A stretch of 64,000 nt of DNA from Euprymna scolopes (taxonomy: Eukaryota): the NCBI GenBank assembly GCA_053919585.1, contig CM132802.1; one strand, given 5' to 3'. A program made the translations under genes and the position numbers. The notes below the pieces were generated by a model, which worked only from the letters and a program-made list of their open reading frames with translations, was not told where the DNA came from and searched no databases. Below, one piece after another: positions 13,077 through 25,121 of the stretch (positions are counted from its first letter, which is position 1; each line of letters opens with the position of its first letter).

Positions 13077-14605
13077 TAGAATTGTGTTATTTTATTTTAT
13101 TAGGGAAATTCCCTAAATATCTNNNNNNNNNNNNNNNNNNNNNNNNNNNNNNNNNNNNNNNNNNNNNNNNNNNNNNNNNNNNNNNNNNNNNNNNNNNNNN
13201 NNNNNNNNNNNNNNNNNNNNNNNNNNNNNNNNNNNNNNNNNNNNNNNNNNNNNNNNNNNNNNNNNNNNNNNNNNNNNNNNNNNNNNNNNNNNNATATCTC
13301 TATTTTTCCTGGATAACCAATATATATCTAGGTAATCAATGCGTATCTATGAATGTCTTTCATAATATTTCAAGCAACAATTAGACATTAACTGTTGTAT
13401 TTCATTTGAATAATTATTGAACAAAAACTAAAAAATAAATATAATATATATTTGTACACCCCCCCCCCCCCGATTTAAAAAAATGTTTTATAAGAACTGT
13501 TTTTGTATATCTGTGAGGCAATATTAATTACTTGTTTTTATGTTTTGGATATTTTGTGACATTCAAATGAAGTTTTGTCTGTTTTATTCAGTGTAGAATA
13601 AAAAAAGATTATATACAATTTAAACCTCGATCCCCTTGTCTTCGGTATAGAGTAAACATTAGGATGAATTAATGTCATTTTACTAGTTTTAACGTTTTAA
13701 TGGGCGTCGAAAATTTAATACCTTCACTAATAATCTCCCCTGACGTGTCCTGGCATACCGCATCTCTTATGTCCAATGTGTGATAACCATTATCTGACTT
13801 ATATGCAACCCCGCCATTACACGTATAAGTCACTGATTGCCTATACCCTCTATACAAGATATTCACAGTACTTTGTAGTGTACATAGCACTGCAGAAAAT
13901 CTGCTGTGAATTTTATAAACTTATTTTTTATATAATGACTTCAGTTAAAGTTTAAAATAAGAAAGTAACGTATTATGGTTCAGTTGTGCTCTAAACAGAA
14001 ATATTCATTTCGCACGCGTCTTTGTCTTATCAAAGAACACACTGTTGCTTTTATACGCCAGGCTTTTCTGCTTGTAAATCGATAAAACTTGTAAAATGCA
14101 TTTGTTATGTTAAACTGTATAAAGGTATTTTGTCATAAACTAGGTAGGAGTAGCTTGATCCCCTAATGTCGGTGATCAATGGATCTCAAACGCTGTCTTT
14201 TCTTCACATTGTTGGAATTCAACTAGCTCAATCGGGTTTATCGATTTTCGATACTTTTCGGAGACATTCCTAAGCAAACATATCTTAGAACATTCTCATG
14301 CACATAGATTATATTTGCATGAAATTTCAAAAAGTCGGTCCAGCTGTAAATTCCTTATAATATGTTACTATAAATTGTACTTTGGAACTGGAATCTTAAA
14401 TTATACTCCTTATTAAATGTAACTATTATATATGCTCTTTATAATATGTCATTATAATTTATATTCTTTAAAATCTGTCATTATAATTTGTACTCCTTAT
14501 TACTTGTCATTTTAATTTGCACCTTTTACAAACGCTCATAATTTATACTCTTTAAAACTTGTCATAATATATTATATTCTTTGCAACCTATAATTATAAA
14601 TTATA

Positions 14606-15338
14606 CTAGCGTACCGCCCGGCATTGCCCGGTCGTAAATTATGCTTAAGCATGATATTTCAATTTATGCAGATTGCATATGTATTACGATAGAATCAATC
14701 CTCTATTGAATATTATATATTACGAGAAATAATTTGCCCGGTTGATTAATTAGCAAAATCAATTAAAATAATAAAAAAAATGTCGTTCATCAAATTCCGC
14801 CTGTTTTGTTTAGTCAGCTGATATTTAGGCTTAATAATGAATCCCCTTGAAAGCCACTGCTGATTAATGTTTAGTTTTAAAATATACAAGCAAAGAAATA
14901 ATTTGCGGCGATTTTAAATATCTTTTTTTTATTTATCGTAAATTGAATTTATTAATAAGAAAAAATAAAAATAAGATGATGAGGTACGTCCAGGCTTGAA
15001 CAGGGAATCATTCAATCTGTAGTCGAATGCTCTACCACTAAGCTATATGCTCAGATGTCAATAATTCTGTTGATTTAAGAAGAACTCATTTGCTAAGATT
15101 CTATTATCTCCCTTGCCGTTGTCACGTATAAAAATTCCCCAATAAAAATTCTTTTTTATCTATAAGAAAGCAACAACAATTTTTTCGATTTTTATCGGAT
15201 GAATTTCTGTACAAAACATATCTAAGAATACTGCCAGACATATTACCTTTGTGTGAACTTTGCAAATGATAGCCTCAACCCTTTCGGAACATATTAGGAA
15301 GGAACTCTCACTCACAGTGACTTTTATGTAATAGTAGA
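14606..15338 (-). mobile_element. Non-autonomous Helitron carrying a tRNA-Cys-derived sequence
   Basis: CTAG plus CCCGGCATTGCCCGG hairpin; 5' end TCTACTATTAC on the minus strand. Confidence 0.7.
14981..15052 (-). pseudogene. tRNA-Cys-derived pseudogene (anticodon ACA)
   Basis: Minus strand reads GAGCATATAGCTTAGTGGTAGAGCATTCGACTACAGATTGAATGATTCCCTGTTCAAGCCTGGACGTACCTC, matching the metazoan tRNA-Cys(GCA) D-arm and anticodon arm; acceptor and T stems are damaged. Confidence 0.75.
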
Positions 15339-15639
15339 CATTTTTTATTAGCTGTAATTATTATTTATATTCCTTTATAAACTGCTATTATAATTTATAC
15401 ACCTTAACTGAGATTATAAAGCATAGTCCATAAAGATTAAAGTCTATATAATATTCGGGTTTCCGATTTGCTTAGTTAGTGCGTATATCACGCTTTAAAA
15501 AGAGGTCACACACAATTTTGAATGGTATACCGCTTCATAAAATACTCAATGCACCAAATTTGTTTTAAAAGGCCAATTTGCCAAACGTTGATAAATTATG
15601 ATTGACTTCCCTTTGATGTAGCTTCTTCTTAATATGTCA

Positions 15640-16988
15640 CTAACAGGGGTGCCCGGCGTAGCCTGAGTGTTTGGAGGTATGTTGGGCGGGGGGGGTGCAA
15701 AGCATAATAAAATGGAAACTTAAACCTGTTAAAATATGTAACAAAAATTATGTTAAACTTAAAGAAAAATAAAACAAAACAGCTATTTCAAGATTAAAAT
15801 TTAAAAAATGGAAAGACAAATCTTTGTAGGTGTAAAAGAGGAAAAAAGAGGGGTTGGTGGCAGGTAAGCTCGAACTCGGAGCCTTGAGGCACTTAGGCTG
15901 ACCACATACAACTGCGCTACGGCGACAGAAGCAATGTAACACTGTAATTTAGCGATTAAATAGTAAATAAATTCAAACAGGTGCTTGATTTTATTGAAGT
16001 CAAACGGAATGAAATCCCGGAGTTAACGATTTCTGCAATAGTTTTTTTTGTTTTATTTTTTCTTCCCCCAACTTGTTGAGGGGCGGGAGCAATGAATAAT
16101 AATTGTCTAATATGACGATTTTCACCGACGTTGATCAAAGCGCTCATTGTTTTTCTGCACGGGCCGAGGTTTGTCAATTTTGCTTTTTTTATACTAAAAA
16201 GCCAAAGACATCGTGGGCCAATACATATGGCGAAAATCGCGCGTAAAAGTGTCACCAAATTAAAGATACAGGCATAAAAAAGAACCCGAGGGGGGTAGGA
16301 TACAACCCCGAAGCCCTGAGGCGAAGTTTGAAAATAAAATCGGCCAGCCAGAATGAGTTAGTGAAAGATGTTTGAATTTATTTAAGTAAGAACCAAATTG
16401 ACAGGTGCGCGCCAAGAAGTGGTCGAGAGTTACGACGACGACGTCAATGACCAGGTTTGTTTGTTATAAGCGAAGTAAAAAAAGAAAACAACGTTAAAAC
16501 TTAAGCGCGGAAAAACACAAAAAAACAAACCTAAGGCAAACGAACGATGAAAACAGAAAACAAACACGTGAAAAATGGTTTAAATAACACTAGTTCAATA
16601 TTTAAATTTAAAAAATCGAAAAAAAAGAAGACATCTCACACCACGATTCGAACCCACAGCGTCTAGATAATGAACCAACGCGCTAATCAACTGACCTAAC
16701 GCGACGTACATGAAAAAAGTAAGTCAGGTCATGACGTCATCTGGCGCATACGTAAAACCGGCCGTCGTCACGAGAAGACTGTTTTTGTTGACCCCCCTGT
16801 CGAAAATTGTCGATTTCGGAGTGAAAAAATGCACGTTTTTGCCCAATTTTTCGATATTTTTCGAGCGAAGGATGGAGCTTCGATATGATACCGAATTTGT
16901 GAATTTTTGTTGTGTCCGTTGAAAGTTTTTAGCAGACACACAAACGTACGTACATGCATACACACATTTTCGCTTATATATAGATAGA
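15640..16988 (-). mobile_element. Non-autonomous Helitron (array unit A)
   Basis: 3' hairpin CCCGGCGTAGCCTGAG then TGTTTGGAGG; 5' end TCTATCTATATATAAGCGAAAA; internal tRNA-like segments at ~15860-15925 and ~16640-16705. Confidence 0.75.
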
Positions 16989-17759
16989 CTAGCGGGGGGT
17001 ACCCGGCGTTGCCCGAGTGTTTGGAGGTGTGTGTGGTTTTGGGTAAATTAAAACAAAGGAATATTGTGTCGGGGGTTGGGGGAGTTTAAAAAAGATTTGG
17101 TAGGTAAGTAGGAATCAGACCCGAAGCGTTGAGGTGAAGTTGGAAAATAAAGTGTAAAAATTCAAAAAAAAAAAAAAAGCGTCCGACGTTAACCGTTAGG
17201 CCAGGAAGAATTATTAAGGGAATATGTTTGAATTTATTTAAGTATTAAAAATTGGCAGGTGCCCGTACGCAATGACTTAATGAGGTCAACTTTGACTGCA
17301 GGACAGTATTTTATTTACTGCGGGGCCGTTGTCTTTGTTTCCCCAAAATGTTGGGAGGGACCAGCTCCCCATAAAAAGTGGATTGTCCAAATTTAATGGT
17401 AATTGTTTGATATAAGGAGAAACTCTGCATTGATCAAAGCTGATTGCTTTTGGATGTTACTGTCGATCACACCGGGAACGATTTCTAAGGCTTGATTTTT
17501 GCTTTTATTATACGAATGCTTAATCCACACGCGACGATTTGAAAATGTGGAATATTTAGCTTTTCCAAGTCGGGCAAATTAAATACACACGCGACCCCCG
17601 TTGTTAACTCGTAGATATTATCATTTAGACGTGATATAAAAAATTTTAAGAATGAGCAACCCCCACGAAAAGGCGGAGGAAAAAAGCCTTTCTTGGAGGT
17701 ACATGAAAACGTACACACACACACACACACAAACATTTTCGCTTTTATATATATATATA
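16989..17759 (-). mobile_element. Non-autonomous Helitron (array unit B)
   Basis: CTAG at 16989-16992, hairpin CCCGGCGTTGCCCGAG; 5' end (TA)nAAAGCGAAAATG. Confidence 0.8.
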
Positions 17760-18272
17760 CTAGCGAGGGGTACCCGGCGTTTCCCGGGTGTTTGGAGGTG
17801 TCTGTGGGGGGAGTTAAAAAAAAGTAAGTATGAGGATCGAACTCGAACCGTTGAGGCAAAGTTGTAAATTAAAGTGTGAAAAAAAAGTGCGACGTTAACC
17901 ATTGCCCCACCGCGAGATGCTAACAGAAACACGTTTGAATTTATTCAATTACTTGGATTTAGCAGGTACCCGTTTTAATGAGTTAATGAGGTCAAGTTTA
18001 ACTGCGGGATAGTATTCATTTACTGCTGAACGCTTTTTTCCCTTCCCCCAAGATGTTATAGGAAATAAGAAATGAGCGACAAATATTGAATATTTATCTT
18101 CCCGAAATCGAACAAATCAAATAGACAGGCGAGCTTCGTTGTTAACTGTGAGATATTACGATTTATATGATATAAAAAGTTGTGAAGCGAGCGACCGCTT
18201 CTCTGAAAAAAGACTTTTGTTGACATACAGAAAAAGCGAGCATACATACATACATACATACATACATTTTCG

Positions 18273-18280
<8 letters not shown>
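17760..18280 (-). mobile_element. Non-autonomous Helitron (array unit C)
   Basis: CTAG at 17760-17763, hairpin CCCGGCGTTTCCCGGG; 5' end (TA)nAGCGAAAATG. Confidence 0.8.
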
Positions 18281-18316
<36 letters not shown>

Positions 18317-18496
18317 CGAAATTATGACAGCCCCTTTAAGAAATTCGTTTCTTATCGTTGAGCACTTTCCGTTGAATTAAAAAGTCGGTCAATTTAGCTC
18401 TTATGCGTAGATCATCGTATAACGATTTGATCACTGTCTGTCTGACATAATGAACATTTAAATTAAAATGTTTAAAATTCAACGCTATTTTCACAC

Positions 18497-18640
18497 GGTT
18501 AATAGTAGCCGAATGGATACGGCCTCCGCTAATCGAGCCAGAGATGTCTCGTGTCGCGGGGTTCGAATCGTTCGACTGGTAGTAATCGTGACACCCTGCA
18601 CTGAAGAATCCCGAAAGGATGAAACACTAGTGTCTGTATG
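18497..18640 (+). ncRNA. tRNA-derived Pol III head plus intact type I hammerhead ribozyme (family T1)
   Basis: A box TAGCCGAATGG, B box GGTTCGAATC. HHR: stem I TGCA/TGTA, CTGAAGA 18601-18607, stem II ATCC/GGAT, GAAA 18621, palindromic stem III ACACTAGTGT, cleavage triplet GTC 18632-18634. Confidence 0.8.
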
Positions 18641-19226
18641 TATTTAATTATTATAGTAAAAAAATAATTATATATATATATATAGATATATATAACAATT
18701 GTTGATCATATCATACCATTTTCTGATTATTTATTCGTACTCATTTTGTCCAGTTCTTTATTTAAAACACAATGGACACTATTTACGTAGAAATCTTAAT
18801 AAACTCATTTGTTGCGTGTTAATGTTTTTTTTTCTGCCCAAGAACTAACTTTAAAATCGGTTTTATCAAAACATTTGTTGGTTAAGTATGTTTCTTAGTC
18901 CGCAGAATTAGCACAGATCCTGCTCGTTATAAATGATTCTCCTTATAAACTAATAAAATAAAGTCTACTTCTCATATACTTTTGCATATCACAAACATTC
19001 GTGCATCAATGAGGCGAACGCCTGATCATTTTTTTTTTCGCAAAGATTTTTTTGAGATTTTCAAACTCATAAAAAATCATCTTCTTGCATTATAAAACCA
19101 ATGTCCTGTGCTGGCTTCGATGTTAATGACGTAGCGATATTCAAGGACGAAATATAACTATGCAGAAATCTCTTTCTAGAATGTTTAAACGTCTTGTCAT
19201 AAGCTATGTCGGAGTAGATTGGTTTC

Positions 19227-19398
19227 CAATGTCGGTGCTACATGGACCTCAAACAATGTCGGTGCTACGTGGACCTCAAACAATGTCGGTGCTACGTGGA
19301 CCTCAAACAATGTCGGTGCTACGTGGACCTCAAACAATGTCGGTGCTACGTGGACCTCAAACAATGTCGGTGCTACGTGGACCTCAAACAATGTCGGT
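19227..19398. repeat. 27-bp minisatellite, ~6.4 near-identical units (CAATGTCGGTGCTACGTGGACCTCAAA)
   Basis: Unit starts at 19227, 19254, 19281, 19308, 19335, 19362 and 19389; no spacers. Confidence 0.95.
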
Positions 19399-20126
19399 CT
19401 CTTCTTCACATCAATTGAATTCGATTAGCTCAAACCATATGCAATGGATTTAATGCGGCGTTACTATAGGTGTAGATGTAACGTAGCCTGATTCTGCCAT
19501 TAAATTACAAAGCCAGGACATGTACAGATGCTGACGACTCACGTGGCGAGTTAATACCGTGTAAGCATTTTAAGGCGTAGCATGATCTAGATGTCACGGA
19601 ACGAAATGCGTATATAGTTATTAATATCGGAAGGAAGAAGAAAAGGAAAAGACGCGTGGCAATGTGAAAGGTGCGCTCCATAAGCGCGCGAGTTCCCCCC
19701 CCCCCTAAACTTTTGAAAGAGTTGGCTTACCCGTGAGTTCTTGAGAGAATTAAGGTAACGCCACATCTGATTGTAGCGGAAACATACGGTTGCTATCTGA
19801 CCAGAAAAAGGAAGAGGATAGAGCATACTTGTGTTGAAAATATGAAACGAACGAAAATAACTTTTCAATTCTGCCTAAAATAAAATCGTATCTAACTTCA
19901 ATTTCCTTGGCGACTGCCTCTACCGTTTGTCTTCACTTTAACAGTATTACCATCTTCATATAGAGACCATAGAATCTATGACGTAGAAATGATAATACAC
20001 TGTTTAAAATTTGTTTTCCCTTTTTTTTTTATTATTTAAAAAGTAAACTTAATTTGATCTATGGCTTCAAATTCTACGCAATTTGAGGACATGCTATTAT
20101 ACTAACTTTAATGGACGTAAATTGGA

Positions 20127-20938
20127 AATCTGTAGTGGTATGGGGACAAAAATGGATGGTCCCATTCAATGCTGCCAAGACTAAACTTGTTTCCTTCAAT
20201 AACTACAAGAAACCTTCTCTACCACCAATAGCAATGGCCGAATACTCTTTATCTGAAAGTACATCTTTTAAACTCCTCGACCTAACTTTCACAGGGAACA
20301 TGAGTTGGAAAATTACATTGAGAGCATTGCCAGAACCGCTGCGAAAAAGGTAGATTCTCTCTACTGTGCTAGAAAGCTACTAACGGCCGAAAGTATCGTA
20401 TACTTCTATAAGGCCACCATTCGCCTGTGTATGGAGTATTGTCGTCATATATTGGCTGGTGCATCTGCTACTAGTCTCTCACTCCTAGACAAGGTTTAAA
20501 AGAGAGTCGCCAACCTGATAGGTCCTGAACTTTCATCTAAGCTTCAGCCTCTGTCCTATCGACGAAATGTAGTATCCCTCAGCCTGTTCTACAAGTACTT
20601 TAACGGTGAATGCTCCGACGAACTGCAAGCACCCTCGACGTAAATACCCCCGACAAACCCGACAAGCAGCAAAATCCCACCCCTTCACAGTTGAGATCCC
20701 TAGATGTAAGAGAGCCTTCTACCCCAGTAGATTCTTCCCCAGAACCGCTAGACTTTGGAATTCCCTTCCGGGTTCCTGCTTCCCCAACAGTACTGACATG
20801 CAGAAGTTCAAGTGTAACGTGAACCAACATCTTGCTGCCCAGCTCCTAAATAGTACCTTTGTAGCTTATGTCTCTGATAGTAGCCCCCTACATAAAAGAG
20901 GTAATGTGCTTTGTTTTGGTTGAAAATGTAATAAAAAA
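20127..20938 (+). mobile_element. 5'-truncated CR1/L2-group LINE, family 1 (same family as 6871-7787)
   Basis: Colinear with the 6.9-kb copy (KWMVPFNAAKTKLVSFNNYKKPSLPPIAMA, FFPRTARLWNSLP); same 3' UTR and polyA. Confidence 0.9.
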
Positions 20939-22038
20939 TGTTTTTTTTTTTAATATTTTAACAAACTTAATTGGCACATGACTCCAAATTGAATGTATGC
21001 GAAAACAAATCTCTATTCTGGCAGCCATTGTAAATACAAATTGACCAATCTAACTTACTATTTCGGTATAGTTAAAACATGTTTGTTTTCACGGGTTTAT
21101 TAACATAACTTGCACCCCTATTGATAATGTTTACCGATCCATTCAATCATGTTTATTATCGCTCCTGTTTGAATTCATGTTTTGTAACATGGCCTAAATT
21201 CCTAATATATGACGTCACCACAAAGGTATAATTGTTTTGTTAAGATAATATTTTATCTTCTACTTATAAGAAAGTTCAAATAAATAATTTAGTAGAAACT
21301 TCTGTTATATAATGCAGCCCTACGTAGACAGACTGGACGTTTTTGGCTAGTACATTAGAGATAGATTTGAATAGCGGGGCGACATTGTTTTAGTTTAAAA
21401 GTTATTCAAGTTAAAAATCTGTCATGAACACAGCTACAGTTTTTTTTTTTTTTTAAAGGTCATTGAGGTCGCACAAGACTCGGTTCGAACGAGTATAGAG
21501 AACACCTTGACTCATGCTATTATCGTGAGAACCAGAGTTGGCGAGATTTGTAACGAGATTCACGTTCGGGGAAGTTATGAATCATATGGGAACTGATCTA
21601 ATTCATAGGCATGCACAAGACCAAACGAACAGCTGTAGCGACGTTATAACGATTTTATATGAAACCAACGGCACTATTTAATACTTAAACAAAATATCTA
21701 AAGGTTTTCGGAATCGATTCTCGATTATAGCATTTCTTTTATTGAACATTTCTTATTTACTAGTCTACCTGTTTTCGACGTTGCCTGGGAATAAGGAGTG
21801 ACTGAAGAAATTTCATTTTGCAAATTAAAATTAACGACTCTCAACAACAAAACAGAAAACGCTATTTAACCCTATCTTCATTCTAAGTCCGGGTGGTAAC
21901 TACTTTTATGTTTTTCTATTTTGGGTTGGATAGTTTTTTTTTTATTTTGGTAATGTAAGAGTATTATGCAATAAACTAATATTAAATTTAAAAAAATCAC
22001 CGTGAAATCTTTAATATAATTTTCACCTGTCTTTTTAA

Positions 22039-22530
22039 ATGTATGTATCGCAAACACTTTCGATAAAGGGAACGGATTTTCACAAAATCGGTATCATTTT
22101 GAAGATCGACACTTCGGACGACAAATATCGAAAAATTACCCAAGAACATTCTTTCACACTCAACTGGGCACTTTTCTACACGGAGGGGTCGCTTTTTTCG
22201 TCGATATTTCCGAAAGTCATCGCCTCTTTTCGGTTGTCTAGCCTTGATTTAAACCTACGTCACTTCCCGTTTGGCATGGACGAAACAGCTAACGCGTCAT
22301 GTTTTTTTTTCACTTTTTTTTTCACTTTTTTTCACTTTGTTTTTCTCCTTCGCAGTATGGGTCCGAGCTTTTTTTTTCTTTTGCTCAACTAACACCCTTA
22401 GACACACCTCCACTTTCTTTTCCGCCTTCGTGTCATGAGTTCGAGTCTGCCTGCCTACTGCAACATTTTTTTGTTTTTTTACTCAACACGCACGTACAAA
22501 CACCCGGGCAACGCCGGGCAACTAGGCTAG
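22039..22530 (+). mobile_element. Non-autonomous Helitron
   Basis: Ends CCCGGGCAACGCCGGG-CAACTAGG-CTAG|T; homologous to the array units and to 56940-57445. Confidence 0.75.
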
Positions 22531-23239
22531 TATAGTTTAAAGTAAATATTGTAATCTTGCACAGCAAAATCGAAACACTTGAGGATATCGATTCGAAACG
22601 TTAACGATACGTCGATTTCACAATGCTAAAAGAAGGGAACCCCGTTAACTATTAACTCCAGTGCAACATGACAATATGTGGGGAAACTTGCAAAGAACAA
22701 CGAAAGGAATTGCAGTTTTTTTTTTCAAATTTATACAAACGAAGAAAGAATGAATCTGTCGTGTACATTTCACTTGTTATATCCTGCACAATTAGATCAT
22801 AAACCACATAAATTTAAAAGTTAGGTTAGCGAATGTTTTACTGCCAAACTCCCCCAGCCACTTCACTACTATCAATCTGATCTCTATCACAGTAGCTTCT
22901 TACGCTTCAGTAGTAATATAGCTTGGTTAGGACGAAAAAAAAAGGCACAGAAAACAGCAAAATGAATTTGTTTATTAAGTTTATTCAGGCTGAGAGATAG
23001 GGGTAGGGAAAGAGAGAGGGCAGGAATAGAAAGGGAGGAAGGAGTAGGGACAGGAGGAAGAGAGAGATAGAAAGAGAGAGGGATAAGGAAAGAGAGGAAA
23101 GGGCAGAGAAAGAGAGGTATAGGAAACGAGAGGGAAGATGGGTTAGATGAGAGAGGGGGAAGAAAGAGAGAGTGAGTCATGGAGAATAGATTACTGTCTC
23201 AAATTGTCCGCGTACTTCTTGCTTACCATATCCCATCGA

Positions 23240-23607
23240 GGCCACACGTGATGGGTCGCTGCACAATCGAATTCGCTGATATAGCCAGCCTCATCAGTGA
23301 GTAGACAGCGCGTGTCTGTGAGTGTTGTCGCTAACATTCTAGCACACAGACCTGCACGGTCTCTTCACCTATGAGGGAGCCTAGATACTTGTCGGTTTGT
23401 TTGTTTTTTCTTAGTAAAGATCCACTGTTAAAGCAAAATGTTTACACCGAGGATACGACCCTGCTTTCTCCGGAACCTTTGCTTCGATTGATTCCGAATT
23501 AAAAATTCCTGTTCTTGCCGAGAATTCCCCATTTAGAAACAAACAAATAAAAATTTACATGATGTACTTTGTCAAACGAAAATATATAAAAAAATAATCA
23601 GGTAAGT
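23240..23607 (+). promoter_or_regulatory. Candidate host promoter and non-coding first exon ending at a strong donor CAG|GTAAGT (23601/23602)
   Basis: Unique CpG-richer block after a GA-rich tract (22990-23180); CACGTG E-box at 23245, Inr-like TCAGT at 23294; no long ORF. Confidence 0.4.
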
Positions 23608-24399
23608 TGATCAAGTATATTTATTTTTAAATCAGAAAAGCACATTTTATGAGTAATCAAAAAGAAGCTGTTTTGTCCACCATTTCAAAATAACCTAAAA
23701 AAAGTAACAAAGGGAGATAACTTAACATGATTCAAACTTGCGAGCTTTATGTTATTATATCTACGAATTCCCATTAATCGCTTAAAATAATTTTCGTTAT
23801 AAAAATGAAACTACTTGGTCAATTTACGTGATTTTTGACATATGCTACATTTGTTTCTTCAGTTACGTGTATAATACATATTTTTCTTTATTTCGCTTTG
23901 TTAATATAGAAGGAATTCTTGACAAGAACCAAATCCTTGCTTTGTTCACCAATTAAAAAATGTTTCTTGTTTCGCTTTGAAAAATTAGTATTGTTACATT
24001 GCATAGGGTCTTATTACCACATGTCTTTGTATTTTGAATATTCAGAATCAAAATAATTGTAGATGTTTTTAAACAAATTAGAAAATCAAATTAAAAAATC
24101 AAATTAAAATGTTGAGGAAAAACGTTCACGCGCCGTGTTAAAATAATGATACATAATTATGCACACCTGAAATAAAGTAGTTAAAAATAACATAACAGTG
24201 GACATATTTGATATTCTTACGTAGCACATAAAATAGACGACTACACCGAAAATTCCGGAAAATTATCGAGTAGAATTCTAATAAAAAAAAATACAACTCA
24301 GTTTTTTTTTTTTTTTGCATATTTCTAATTCTAGGTTAAACCGTATTCATTTTACGTCTTTAATGTAGCAGAGTTAGATATTTTTAATGGAATGTATTA

Positions 24400-24705
24400 A
24401 CGTCCCTCGGTATAAATACTCCCGACAAACCCGACATGCAGCAAAATCCCACCTCTCCAGAGATCGTTAGATGCCGCAAAGCTTTTTATTTTAATAGTTT
24501 AATCCCTTGAAATGTTAGACTTTGGAATTCCCTCCCAAGTTTCAGCTTCCCTAACTGTACTGACATGCAGAAGTTCAAGTGTAATGTGAACATACAGCTT
24601 GCTGCTCAACTCCCCACATAGTATCCTGTCAAATTATGTCCGGAGTAGTAGTCTTCTACATACAAAGGGCACTGTGCCTTTTTAAAGATGAATTAGCGAT
24701 TAAAA
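24400..24705 (+). mobile_element. LINE family 1 3' fragment
   Basis: CCCGACAAACCCGACA...GTACTGACATGCAGAAGTTCAAGTG shared with the 7.5-kb and 20.6-kb copies. Confidence 0.8.
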
Positions 24706-25121
24706 AATATAAAAAGAAAGAGAAAGTGGAGATAGGTTAGTTGTAAAACAAGACATGGGTTCGGTTCCACTTAGAATCGGGTATATAAAATAAATGTACT
24801 TTTTATTTTTATTAAAATTCAAGTCGATAATTTTCCTTAAGTTTTGGTGCAAAAAAGTACTTTCGCGTGATAAGTAAAGATGGCATACAATTTTACTGTA
24901 ATGTTAGTTTGAACTGTCATATTTCTCTTGTGAATTAAAAAAAAAAAAAACAAATAAAAAAATAACACTGGACCGGTGATGAAACTCTCGTACATCTACT
25001 TATATCCCAGTCCATCCCGGTCAAGATCACATTTAATGAGTGGATCGTCGATTTGAGTCTTCCAATCACGTTGAAGAATTCCGTTAAGGCTTTTTCAATT
25101 TAAACTCAAAGCGACATTTTA

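Noticed and set aside
14981-15052. Functional tRNA-Cys(ACA)
   Set aside because: Acceptor and T stems are mismatched, and it lies inside a Helitron.
19227-19398. CRISPR-like array or repeat-protein ORFs
   Set aside because: Units are contiguous with no spacers, and the context is eukaryotic; the ORFs arise only because the 27-bp unit lacks stops.
21425-21435. miR-317-like start (TGAACACAGCT)
   Set aside because: The match stops after 11 nt and there is no hairpin.
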